Positions 8,045-18,000 of a stretch of 64,000 nucleotides of DNA are shown in pieces. The position numbers and the translations under genes are program-made. Under the pieces are notes generated by a model. That model made no database searches. It was not told where the DNA came from and saw only the letters and a program-made list of their open reading frames with translations. This stretch comes from a virus. Each line of letters begins with the position of its first letter. The stretch's first letter is position 1. Location of the stretch: positions 40,151 through 104,150 of the IMG/VR virus record IMGVR_UViG_3300047089_000152, one strand, 5' to 3'.

Positions 8045-8157
8045 CGAAACGGCAGGCGGCAGCCGGCGTGGCCTACGTGCTCTGCGCGTTCCTCGCCATC
8101 GCCGGCTTCTGCCTGCTCATCGCCGCGCTGATCATCGCCATGCCCGGCATCGACTAG
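8041..8157 (+). CDS. small membrane protein
   Basis: ATGA overlap; single hydrophobic helix, 38 aa. Confidence 0.5.
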   Translation: MTKRQAAAGVAYVLCAFLAIAGFCLLIAALIIAMPGID

Positions 8158-8170
8158 GAAAGGTTCACGC

Positions 8171-8785
8171 ATGAGATTCAGGAAACGTATTCTGGTAACC
8201 GCGGCGGCCCTGGTAGCGTTCGCCGGCCTGGCGCTGTCCAGCCCAGCTGCCCACGCCTCGACACCGTCGATCTGCGGGAACGGCGGCACCGGGTACTGCC
8301 TCAACGCCTGGGGTGGCGGCGGCACCGACCTGCCAGTCAAGATGTACAACGGCGGGGTAGCCAACGACGCCTACAACTTCCAGCAGATCGTGTTCATGTG
8401 CCACGACGGGCACGTCCACGCAGCCGCCCCGTACGGCCCGTGCCCGTTCAACAACAGCAGCCTGGACTCGCAGATGAACGGCGCGGTGATCTTCGAGATC
8501 GCCTCTGGCAGGGACGGCCTGTGCGTCGGTTCAACGTCCTCAACTGTCGGCTCGACGGAGGAAGCCTGCCCCGATAGTTTCGGTAACTTCGGCGGCTGGG
8601 GCACGATCTACGCGCAGGCGGGTAACTCCAGCTGTCAGAGCCCGAAGTTCTTCGCGGAAAGCCGGTACTGGTCAGACGCCTACGGCGGGCTGTCCAGCCT
8701 CGCGTCCGGAGGGAACGTAGGCAAGCAGGCGTTCACCTCCCCGAACACCTCGGGGGCGACCTGCTGGGGATGGGTCAACACCTAG
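8171..8785 (+). CDS. secreted cysteine-rich protein
   Basis: signal peptide ending AHA; 8 Cys; RBS GAAAGG. Confidence 0.7.
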   Translation: MRFRKRILVTAAALVAFAGLALSSPAAHASTPSICGNGGTGYCLNAWGGGGTDLPVKMYNGGVANDAYNFQQIVFMCHDGHVHAAAPYGPCPFNNSSLDSQMNGAVIFEIASGRDGLCVGSTSSTVGSTEEACPDSFGNFGGWGTIYAQAGNSSCQSPKFFAESRYWSDAYGGLSSLASGGNVGKQAFTSPNTSGATCWGWVNT

Positions 8786-8798
8786 CCCACGACACAAC

Positions 8799-8832
8799 GA
8801 AGCCCCGCCGGTGGGAACACCGGCGGGGCTTC
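8799..8832. terminator. hairpin terminator between convergent genes
   Basis: GAAGCCCCGCCGGTG-GGAA-CACCGGCGGGGCTTC. Confidence 0.8.
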
Positions 8833-8866
8833 ACTGTGTCAGAGGTCGCGCTGTACAGGGTTCACC

Positions 8867-9328
8867 CTACCAGACGCGGAAGAACATGGTGGGCCCTCCA
8901 CCCCACCAGCCTATCCACCCGATCTGCTGCCCGGTGGAGTGCGCACCGAAAGTCTGATGCCACCACGCGGTCACCAGCTCCACGTGACCCGACCCGTAGA
9001 ACGCCAAATCTCCACGCTGCGGGGCATACACGCGGTGCAGGTGCCCGGACGCCAGCATCGAATACGTCGAATGCGGCAGGGAGATCCCCGCGTGGGCGAA
9101 CGCGACCATCACCAGGCCGGAACAGTCGTAAGACGGCCCGGTGCCACCCCACGCATACCAGTGGCCGTAAGCGTTGGCCGTGGCCCAGTTCAACGCCACG
9201 TTCCCCGCATGCGAACCGCCCAGCACCATCGCATGCGACGTGGCCGCGTGGGCTGGCGGGGCCAGTGCCGGGGTGGCGAACAGCAGCCCACCCAGTATCG
9301 CCGCGACAGCCAGCAGCCGGCGCGTCAC
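8867..9328 (-). CDS. secreted NlpC/P60 (C40) cell-wall peptidase
   Basis: YAWGGTGPSYDCSGL...GDLAFY...GHV; signal peptide; GTG start overlaps the upstream stop. Confidence 0.9.
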   Translation of the reverse strand: MTRRLLAVAAILGGLLFATPALAPPAHAATSHAMVLGGSHAGNVALNWATANAYGHWYAWGGTGPSYDCSGLVMVAFAHAGISLPHSTYSMLASGHLHRVYAPQRGDLAFYGSGHVELVTAWWHQTFGAHSTGQQIGWIGWWGGGPTMFFRVW

Positions 9329-10146
9329 TTGCACACCCACTGGGCGAAGGTGTCACCGGACGCCTTGAACTTCGCGACGGCGTTGAGGGCGTTGACGTAC
9401 GGGTTGTAGAGGTTGCCCGGCACCACCTGGCCCAAAATTTGCCAAAGCGAGGTCGCCCCGGAGGGGTTGTATGCGTAGACGTTCCCGCCTGATTCGCATT
9501 CGGCGATCTCCGCGGCGTGCGCCGCCGCCCATGCGGGGCCGCCAGCGCTGATCCACAGGGCTTCCAGCCCCGCGTAGGAGTAGTGCAGCGAACCGGTCAC
9601 CGCGGACCGGCGGACACTGGACTGTCGGGCTACCGCGTGGGCAGCGGCGTGGCACGGCACGTCCCAGCCGTCCCTGTCGTTGTCACCGCACTCGTTGGGG
9701 TAGCCGTACGTGATACCCCACACCTTCCCGTTGCGGGTCACAGCGTGCCGTACAGCGGCATGCGGGGCATGGTAGGTGGACCCGAGGTGGAGCAGCTTCG
9801 GGGGGTCGGTGCACCGGGTCAGGTTCAGGACCTGGCCGGGGAAGATCAGGTTCGGGTTGCGCCCGATGGTCTTCTCGTTCTGGTGGTAGAACCCGGTCCA
9901 GTCGTTCGCGACCCCATGGCAGTACTGTACGGCCAGGCCAGCGAGGGTGTCCCCCGCCCGGACGGTGTGCTGTACGGGGAGTCCCGCGTGGACGGGCAGC
10001 GCAGCGACTGCCAGCCGCAAGCCGACAGTGTCCGGTGCAGGTCGCACAGCTACCGCCGCGGGCGACGCATACGCGGCCGGGATCAGGGTAAACGTGCTAA
10101 CAGTGGTGAAAGCGAGGGCGAGTGCACCCGCCAGCATACGTTTCAT
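9325..10146 (-). CDS. secreted LysM + lysozyme-like transglycosylase (Rpf/SLT-like)
   Basis: HTVRAGDTL...NPNLIFPGQVL LysM; IAECESGGN...SLWQI catalytic motif; signal peptide. Confidence 0.85.
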   Translation of the reverse strand: MKRMLAGALALAFTTVSTFTLIPAAYASPAAVAVRPAPDTVGLRLAVAALPVHAGLPVQHTVRAGDTLAGLAVQYCHGVANDWTGFYHQNEKTIGRNPNLIFPGQVLNLTRCTDPPKLLHLGSTYHAPHAAVRHAVTRNGKVWGITYGYPNECGDNDRDGWDVPCHAAAHAVARQSSVRRSAVTGSLHYSYAGLEALWISAGGPAWAAAHAAEIAECESGGNVYAYNPSGATSLWQILGQVVPGNLYNPYVNALNAVAKFKASGDTFAQWVCK

Positions 10147-10307
10147 CGGTGAGGTTTTCCTTTCGGGAAAGGTACCTCGCTGAAACGTAGACCAGCGCTC
10201 CCCTCGCTGTCACCGTTTCGTGATGAGTCTTCCTGATTCACCCGATAGTCCACGATTCACGCAGGTCAGCCGTCTGGGTGAATCGCCGCGGTTCGGTTAC
10301 AAGACGA

Positions 10308-10344
10308 GAAAATACCCCGCAGCGCAACGCTGCGGGGTATTTTC
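10308..10344. terminator. bidirectional intrinsic terminator
   Basis: GAAAATACCCCGCAGCG-CAA-CGCTGCGGGGTATTTTC. Confidence 0.85.
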
Positions 10345-10376
10345 AGGGAGCCCAGGGGCAGCCCTTTTTTCGAGTA

Positions 10377-10640
10377 CTAACGCAACCCGCTGAGTGGTCC
10401 GCCGGTCACCCCTGTCACGTCCGGGGTGTTGACACGAGGTCTCAGTCCCGGACGGGAAGTGTGCGGGGCCATGTATGCGGCCACGGTGTGACCGATCCAG
10501 GCGAGCGCGAACGGAAGCACGTCCAGGACCGGCTGCGGGACCCCGTTATGGAACGCCGGGATGTACGATACAAGCGCCCACACGACCAGCCCCGTCACGC
10601 CCCCTGCAACAGCCCCCGCCTTGACCTTGGTCTCTACCAT
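10377..10640 (-). CDS. holin
   Basis: VETKVKA start, two TM helices, YMAPHTSR tail typical of actinophage holins; TATGAT 6 nt before ATG. Confidence 0.75.
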   Translation of the reverse strand: MVETKVKAGAVAGGVTGLVVWALVSYIPAFHNGVPQPVLDVLPFALAWIGHTVAAYMAPHTSRPGLRPRVNTPDVTGVTGGPLSGLR

Positions 10641-10647
10641 GGGCGCA

Positions 10648-11433
10648 TCATAACCCGTGCACGAGGGTAATGATAGAGACAATCACCCCGGTAGCGACGA
10701 TAAGCGCTACGACGATCGACACGACCGCGTTCTGAGACAGCCGCTGGTCGGTGCGCGCCTCCGTGTGTCCCCTGTCTGAGCCCTCACCCCGGTCGATGCG
10801 TTCTTTCAGTTCACTGATCCGGTCGGTGAGACTCTTATCCAGCGCGGTGATCTGCGTCCCCACCAGGTCGATCTGCTTGGTGAAGTTCGTCTCCGTCTTC
10901 GTCGCGGCGGTGGTGTTCGCGTCGTTCTGCTGGGACACGGATTCTTTCTGGGCGAGGAGCGCAGCGTCCAGAGCCTCCTTGCTGGACTTCTTGTCTTGCT
11001 CGCCTCGCGTGTCCCGTTCGGTGAACTGCTGCTGGATCGCGTTGAACCGCTCCTCGTGGAGCTGACGCAGCCCTTCGACGGCGATCTTGATGTCTGTCTG
11101 GAGCCGTTCCCGCAGCGCGTCGGACTGCTCAGGGCCCTGGTTGATCACGCCATCCAGGATCTTCATGATCTTCTCAAGCCCGGCGATCCGCTGGGTCAGT
11201 AGCGCTTCCAGGGAGTTGACTGAGTTCGCGATGTCGATCTGCCGCTGGGTGGCACCTTCGCGGATGGTGACCTCGTTGCGGCCGATCCGGGCTTCCAGGA
11301 TTTCTTTGACGGAAACCAGTTCGCGGCGCAGGTCATCCTTGGCCTGGGAGACTGCGTTGTTGGTCAGCTCGGTGGGGTCCTGCGTCACCCACCAGCCTTG
11401 CCCCGGCGGTGGGCTTTGTCCCGGGTCGGTCAT
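10648..11433 (-). CDS. coiled-coil protein with C-terminal membrane anchor (lysis region)
   Basis: heptad-rich; C-terminal TM segment. Confidence 0.7.
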   Translation of the reverse strand: MTDPGQSPPPGQGWWVTQDPTELTNNAVSQAKDDLRRELVSVKEILEARIGRNEVTIREGATQRQIDIANSVNSLEALLTQRIAGLEKIMKILDGVINQGPEQSDALRERLQTDIKIAVEGLRQLHEERFNAIQQQFTERDTRGEQDKKSSKEALDAALLAQKESVSQQNDANTTAATKTETNFTKQIDLVGTQITALDKSLTDRISELKERIDRGEGSDRGHTEARTDQRLSQNAVVSIVVALIVATGVIVSIITLVHGL

Positions 11434-11478
11434 GCTTTTATTATCAGGGACCAGCAGTCACGGCGGTGTAACGAAATT

Positions 11479-11784
11479 TTAGGCGGGGCCGCGGACACCA
11501 GCCAGCGCGGAATCGAAGTTGAACGTCGCGGGCTGCGTACCCACCCCGTAGTACACCTGAGCGACCGCGAACAGGTTGTTCGACTTCGTCCAGAACGTCG
11601 CCGCGTCAGCGGAGGAGAACCCGAGCGTTACCAGCGCCGCGGTCTGCGCCGCCTGGTCCGCGCCGAGCGTAGCGATCCAGTTCCACAGCTTCACGACAGC
11701 CGACATGTCGGCCTGCATCCCCTTCGCGACGCTGGTGAGGATGTTGTTGGCCTGGTCGCTGCTCGTAGTGACACCTACGGTCAT
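11479..11784 (-). CDS. hypothetical tail-associated protein
   Basis: abuts the minor tail gene. Confidence 0.65.
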   Translation of the reverse strand: MTVGVTTSSDQANNILTSVAKGMQADMSAVVKLWNWIATLGADQAAQTAALVTLGFSSADAATFWTKSNNLFAVAQVYYGVGTQPATFNFDSALAGVRGPA

Positions 11785-14700
11785 TCAGTTCCTCCTCGTT
11801 TTCCTCGTACGGTACACGATCGCGGAGTGTCCGGTACCGACAGTGCTGGACCAGTTGCAGTACATCGCGATGGAGTGGCTGGCGGTCGTGTCGAACGCGC
11901 AGTTGACGGCCACGTTGTTGATGGTCGCGAACTGGTTGGCGATACCGCCGATGTTGACGCCTTTCCGTGTGACCCCGCCGTCTAGCGCGCAGTTTACGGT
12001 CCCACCGGCCCCGGTCGTCTGGACGGTGGCGCGGAGCCGCAGGCAGAACGCGTAGGTCAGTCCCGTCTGGTTGATGACCGTCCCGACCGTGACAGAAGAC
12101 GTACCGCTGAACGCCACACCGTCAAGGAAAAGGTCCAGTGTGAAGGTGGCCGACGTTCCAGCCGGGGTCGTATACGTCCCGTCGCATTCAAGCTCAAACT
12201 CGGACCCGGCGATGGCCTCATTCGCCACGTAGTTCAGGGTGCTCGACAGGATGTGCGGGATCGTCTGCGTGTTCATCGTGAAGTTCGTCAGGTCGACCAC
12301 GCACCGGTCGATGATCAGGTCGTTCCCGGCGCTGGACAGGTACCGGAGCCTACCCTGCGAGCTGGTATACAGCTGGCTGGCCCCGGACAGCGCCGCGGGT
12401 GCGCCGGACTGGCTGACCAGGGTGAGCTGCTGACCCATGATCCCGACCGGGTAATTGTTCCCGACCGTGTCCGTGCCCGCGACCGGGGCGATCGACGTAA
12501 TCAGGTTCCCCGCCCCGACCGAACCGGTGTAGGCCAGGTAGTCGGGGAGCGTGTCGGTGCTGACCGACAGGAATTCCGCCGCCTGGATGATCGTCGCGTC
12601 GACGAACCCGGCGTAGACCTGCCCGGCGGCGATCAGCGACGCGGTGAGCGTGCCAGTGGCGATGTTGGACGCGACGATGGTGCCCGCCGCGATCAGCGAA
12701 GATATGATCGTCCCCGCCTGGATCGTGTTCGTCGCGTTGAACGTGATCGGGTTCCACGCCGACCCGTTCCACTGGGAGATCAGGCCGGTGGCCGAGTTGA
12801 TCCAGATGTCGTTCAAGTTCGGGTTGGCGGGGGCGTTCACGGAGATCGTAACGGCGTTCCCGCCCAGGGTGTGGATGGTGATCCCCTGGTTCAGCATCGA
12901 CGGGGTGATCGACCCGTTCGCGATCAGCCCGGCCAGGCCCAGCGAGCCCTGCGCCTGGGAGGAGACGGGGCTCCCACCGGGGATCTGCGCGGTCTGGATG
13001 GTCCCCGGGTTGAAACCGGTCTCCCACGGGGTTTCGGGGACTGCGTTGAACGCGAACGTCCACTCCTTCGCGTTCAACGTCTCGTTGTAACCCCACACCA
13101 GCTGCTTGATGACCGTGCTGGTCAGGAACGACGGGGGGTTCGTGATCTGGAAGTAGTCACCCAGGTCAAGGTTCGGGAGGGTGGAGAACAGGGTCGCTGA
13201 CGTCGACCTGATCATCTTGACGGACACGACCGGGAACCGGACCTCGTCGACAGCCCCGACGTTCAGGAGGAAATTAGCTATGCCAGGGCATTGCGTGTCA
13301 ACCGCCGCGTTGACGCTGCGCGTGTACCCGTAACCGTTCCCGATACCGTTTGGCGGGTTCAATATCGACATCGCACCGGCCGTCAAAATAGCCTGCTGCG
13401 TGTACCCCGTCCAGTTCGTGATCGTGATATTGTTCCGGGTCATCTGGTCGTCATACGCCGGGGCGAGGGACGCGTCGATGACCGCCGCGGTGTAGTTGAA
13501 CGTGACCGACACGACCTGGTTCGCCATCGACGCGTTCGTCCGGTACCCCAGGCCGAACTGGTCTTTCGTCTCATACAGCAGCCCGCAGTCGGTGTCCTCA
13601 ATCGACTGGAGCACGTTGGAGATCGTGTCGTCCAGCTGGGGCCCCAGCGAAGCTGACGCGGAACTGGTCCCGATCGTCTCCGTTGCTATGCCCTGCTCGG
13701 CGCAGACGCGGGTGAACCTGTCCAGCGCCTTCTCACCCACATACCCGTTCAGGGCTGTAGCAGCCGCGACCATCGACGTGGGGGCACCGTAGTTGACGTG
13801 GAGATGCCCGAACGCCGTGTCCATCAGCGCGAACGCACGCGAAACCTGAATCCGGGTGACCGCGGCGATCGTCGCGGTGGTCAGCGTGCCCGTCACCGAC
13901 TCGGTGATACCGGAGGCTCCCTGCTGGATAATCCTGAGCGCGAAGTTGATGTTACCACCGGAAGGGACAAGTTCCATGGACACCAGGTACGATGCGCCTT
14001 TGACGTTCGTCGTGGTCGTCCCGGAGAACACCACCGCCCCACCGGAGTTCACCCCCTGCATTTGCAGGGTCCCGGCCGCGTTCAGGTACAGCTCGAACTT
14101 CCGCACCGTCCCCGACGGGGAGTCGATCTCGACCAGGTTCCAGTTCGTGGTCCCAGAACCTGAATCACCCGCAGGGGGCACGGTAAGCAGGAACCGGGTC
14201 ACGTTATTCGTCGGTGTCCCACCGGCAGGGACAGTCGCGATGATAGAAGCCCCGTTAAGGACCGGGATCGCGTCGCTGCCGTGGAACGACTCACTCGACG
14301 CCAGCGACAGTCCCGCCTGCCCCCCCACGAACTGCTGCAACGCGTTTGCTGTGCCAGCCGGTGACCCGAACGGTACCAGCTGCCCCGACCCTGTCCCGTC
14401 CTCGCACGGCCAGTACGCCTGCACCGCAGGGCCCGTCAGGTTGTCCACGTACCGGCGGAACGCAGAACCTATCGTGGTCAGCTGCTGGGAGATGCGCCGC
14501 CAGATCCCCGACGCGACCACGTCCACGGACACGTCCCGGCCGGACGGGTCCCACCGGGGTGGCCACTCTGACACTTCACCCCAGAACCGGAAACCGGCAT
14601 AGTTCTGACCCGCCGTCGACGTGGCCGACAGGAATACCCTGATCTGCGTGTTCCTAGTGATGTTCGGGAAATACGCCCCGGCGCTGTTTTTCGGGGTGAA

Positions 14701-15027
14701 CCGGCCGTCCCGGTCGTTCAGGGTCAAAGTCAGCTGCGCGGGCTGGATTGTCGACGTCCAGTCCGCCCGTCCCATCCCCGTGATCTGCACCGGGTTCCGC
14801 TGGTACACGTACTGGGTGACGTCCGTCCACACACCGCCCAGCAGCAGGTCAACCCGCAGCCCAAGCCGCTGCGCGGGGAACGTCGACGCTGTGACAGTAG
14901 TACCCGGGATCCCCGCCAGCCCCGACGCGGTAGCCAGCTGAGCCAGCACAGCCGTGGTCGACACCGTCGACTGGAGGGCGGTACCCGCACCGGAAGCGAG
15001 CTGCGCGGGGGCATTGGTGGCTGGCAT
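11785..15027 (-). CDS. large minor tail / tail-tip protein
   Basis: 1080 aa directly after tape measure; LTLNDRDGRFTP, YWPCEDG motifs; repetitive beta-rich C-terminus. Confidence 0.85.
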   Translation of the reverse strand: MPATNAPAQLASGAGTALQSTVSTTAVLAQLATASGLAGIPGTTVTASTFPAQRLGLRVDLLLGGVWTDVTQYVYQRNPVQITGMGRADWTSTIQPAQLTLTLNDRDGRFTPKNSAGAYFPNITRNTQIRVFLSATSTAGQNYAGFRFWGEVSEWPPRWDPSGRDVSVDVVASGIWRRISQQLTTIGSAFRRYVDNLTGPAVQAYWPCEDGTGSGQLVPFGSPAGTANALQQFVGGQAGLSLASSESFHGSDAIPVLNGASIIATVPAGGTPTNNVTRFLLTVPPAGDSGSGTTNWNLVEIDSPSGTVRKFELYLNAAGTLQMQGVNSGGAVVFSGTTTTNVKGASYLVSMELVPSGGNINFALRIIQQGASGITESVTGTLTTATIAAVTRIQVSRAFALMDTAFGHLHVNYGAPTSMVAAATALNGYVGEKALDRFTRVCAEQGIATETIGTSSASASLGPQLDDTISNVLQSIEDTDCGLLYETKDQFGLGYRTNASMANQVVSVTFNYTAAVIDASLAPAYDDQMTRNNITITNWTGYTQQAILTAGAMSILNPPNGIGNGYGYTRSVNAAVDTQCPGIANFLLNVGAVDEVRFPVVSVKMIRSTSATLFSTLPNLDLGDYFQITNPPSFLTSTVIKQLVWGYNETLNAKEWTFAFNAVPETPWETGFNPGTIQTAQIPGGSPVSSQAQGSLGLAGLIANGSITPSMLNQGITIHTLGGNAVTISVNAPANPNLNDIWINSATGLISQWNGSAWNPITFNATNTIQAGTIISSLIAAGTIVASNIATGTLTASLIAAGQVYAGFVDATIIQAAEFLSVSTDTLPDYLAYTGSVGAGNLITSIAPVAGTDTVGNNYPVGIMGQQLTLVSQSGAPAALSGASQLYTSSQGRLRYLSSAGNDLIIDRCVVDLTNFTMNTQTIPHILSSTLNYVANEAIAGSEFELECDGTYTTPAGTSATFTLDLFLDGVAFSGTSSVTVGTVINQTGLTYAFCLRLRATVQTTGAGGTVNCALDGGVTRKGVNIGGIANQFATINNVAVNCAFDTTASHSIAMYCNWSSTVGTGHSAIVYRTRKTRRN

Positions 15028-15035
15028 CTAACGGC

Positions 15036-18000
15036 TCACCTTTCCTGTAAGTGACTGCCCCAGGCGCGCTGGACCGATCCGCCGCCCTTGACCTTGACGT
15101 TTTTCTTCAGCCACGAGATCAGGAACGCGTCGAACGCGTTCCCCGACGGGGTGATCTCGAACGTGACGGTGGGGCCACCTGAAGCGCTGACCGCCTCATT
15201 CCGCCCGGTCCCGTTGTACGCCATCGTCAAACCGGGTTTCAGCCATCCGCCCCGGTCATAATTGACCATCCCGCCCAGCATGAACGGTGCCACCGAGGAG
15301 ATGAAAGCCCCCAGGTTCCCGGCGACGTCACCACCGTACGTGTGGGTCACCGGGGGTAGCACCGGGCCGGGGGGCGGGGGAGTCACCCCGGGGTGCGCCG
15401 CGATGAACGCGTTCGAGTAGCCGAGCATCTTGGAGATAGCGTTGACGGTTGCCTTGTCCCTGCCTAGTTGCGCTTTCCAGCCCTTCACCGGCCCGGCCAG
15501 GGATTTCAGGCTGCCAGCCGCGCGGATCTCCTTGTCCAGGCCGAGTTCGTTCACGCCCAGCTGGCCGCGCCACGCACGTTCAACGGTCAGCTCGCTGCCC
15601 AGCACACCCAGACGGCGGGTCTCATCCGCGGCTGTCGCGGCCCAGAACTTGTGCTGCCCGGAGGATAGTCCCTTAGCCCCGGCCAGCGCCTTGGCCCGGC
15701 TGACCGCTGCTTGCATCGCTGCTATCTGCTGGTTCACCACGACCGGACCCCACGCGGCGCCGAACCCGCCCCCACGCTTAGACTGCCATGCCCTCAGATA
15801 CGCGGACCCGCGTGACGCGACCGACCCGCCGGCAGCGTACCCGGGGACCATGCCACCCGAACCGTAATATCCGACACCGCCAGGGTGCGCGTAATACTGG
15901 TTCCACGCGTTCACCGGGTTGCCGTACCGCTGCGCGATGTACGCGTACATCCAGGACAGCTGCGGGCCTGCGTGCGACCCTCCAGCAGCCTGCGCGGCGA
16001 ACGGCATCTTCGTCGGGGGCAGCGCCTGCGGGATGCCGTACGCACCCGAGGAGGGGTTCCGCGCGAACCGGTTGTATCCGGCCTCGTGCATTTCCAGGGT
16101 GTTGAACGACGGCCACATCGACGAAGGCCACGGGAACATGCTCCTGGCTATGGCCAGGTTGGCTGCCGCATCCCCGCCGGTAGGCCCAGCACCGGACACA
16201 CCCCCTGAAGCAGCCGCGGCAGCCGCGGCCTTCACCGCGGCGGCCTCGGCGGCTTTCAGCGCGGCCCGCATCATCGACACCATCGACGCTTGCATCGTGG
16301 TGCTGAACTGGTGGTACTTATTCACCGCGTACTGGCCGGAAAGCACGGTCCGGTCACCGGCCTGGACCAGGCCACCACCTGAGAACCCGGGTAGCATCCC
16401 CCGCAGGTGATCAACCGCACCGGCGTTGACCATCTTCGTCGGGACGACCACCTCACCGGGCATCAGCATCGCCGCGACACTATCCTTACCGGGCGTACCC
16501 CCGGTGACATACCAGCCCGCCGCGGCCTGCTTCTGCTTCCCTGTCGCCGCGTTGATCTCCGACAGGGAAAACGAACCCTTACCCGTCATGAGCAGCTCGA
16601 ACGCCGCGGACTTAGGTATCCCCAGCACCTTCGCGATCATCCCGGCGATCTTTCCGGTGCTGTCATTCGCGGCGCGGCCAGCGGTGACAATCTTGTTCGC
16701 CGTGTCCACCAGCGCCTGCGACCCGCTATGCGCGGCTGCGGGCAGCTTAGAACCAAGCCTCTGATCCATAGCGTCCAGGACCGCTGTCGCCTGCGGCCCC
16801 TTGATACCCAGGTCTGCGAGGTCTTTCAGCAGGGTCTGGCGGGCCCCGTGCCCGGCCGCTGTTGCTTGCGTCCCGTGAATGACAGATTTCGCGTACGCGT
16901 TCATCGCGCCCTGCAACCCGACCGCGTTCTCCACCGCGACCGCCATGTCCTTCGACAGGTCCTGAGCCAGCGTCGCACCCAGCTTCTGCGCGTCCAGGGA
17001 CATGTTCGAGAACGAGATCGCCGCTGCCGCGGCGGCCTTCTGAGCCGCACCCAGCGGGTCCTTCGTTTTACCCGCCCATTTAGATAGCAGCTGAAGGTTC
17101 GTGGTGGCCGGACCCCCCGCTTCCTGCGCCAGAGCAGAGATCTCCGCCGCGGCCACCTTCGATGTCCCGGCCATCGGGATCATCACCTGCACGACTTCCT
17201 TGATCGCCGCGATCTGCTGAGACGAAGCAGTCCCGGTCAGCCGGAACGCGTCAGCCATCTGCGTCGCAGCGTTGAACGTGTCCTGGAAGTCGGTTTGCAG
17301 CTGCAACGACGCGTCCGTGACCCTGCGGGACACACCCGTCAGGCCGGTGCCCAGCCCGGAAATCGCCGCGCCCGCCACACCCGCGTCGTTGCTGAACCGT
17401 TTCAGCGTGTTCGCGAACGTCAAGAACCCGGATACGGGGCCCGCCACGATCTTGTCGAAGGTGTCAAACGCCGTGTTCAGCGACTGGACGTTCTTCAGCT
17501 GGTCGGACTGCGCGATAGTCAGCACGTTGATCGCGCTGCCCAGCTGGGTCGCGCCCACCCCCATGTTCGCGTAACCCTGAACGACACCGTTGATCTGAGT
17601 AAGTGCCTGCGTCCACTGCTTGCTGTTCCCCAGGAAATCGGAGACCTTCACCCCGGCCAGCGCCGCCAGGGCCATCGCCCCGGACAGCCCGTCAGTCCCG
17701 AACGCGTGCGTGATACCAGCTAGCCGGCCCGTCACCAGGGTCAGCTGGCCCGCCAGCTTGTTATGCTCCTCAGCTAGCCGCTGCACGTCCTGCGCCGCGT
17801 TGGATATGCCGCTAGCCTGCAACGCGATCTGCAACGCGGCCAGGTTACCCCCGGACGTTTTCAGCGCGCCGCTGAGCTTGCCCGTCTCATTCGACAGTTT
17901 CGCTGTCGTCTGCGACAGGGCGTTACTGAGCGTGTTGATGAGATTCAGGGGGGTCGCGTGGGCGACCAGCCGGTCCATTGACTCGTTGAACCTGTCAACC

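Noticed and set aside
10150-10300. c-di-AMP (ydaO) riboswitch upstream of the Rpf-like gene
   Set aside because: GTGAATC-type words recur, but the other conserved elements (GGGGAACC, CCCGTCAGCTAAC) are not seen
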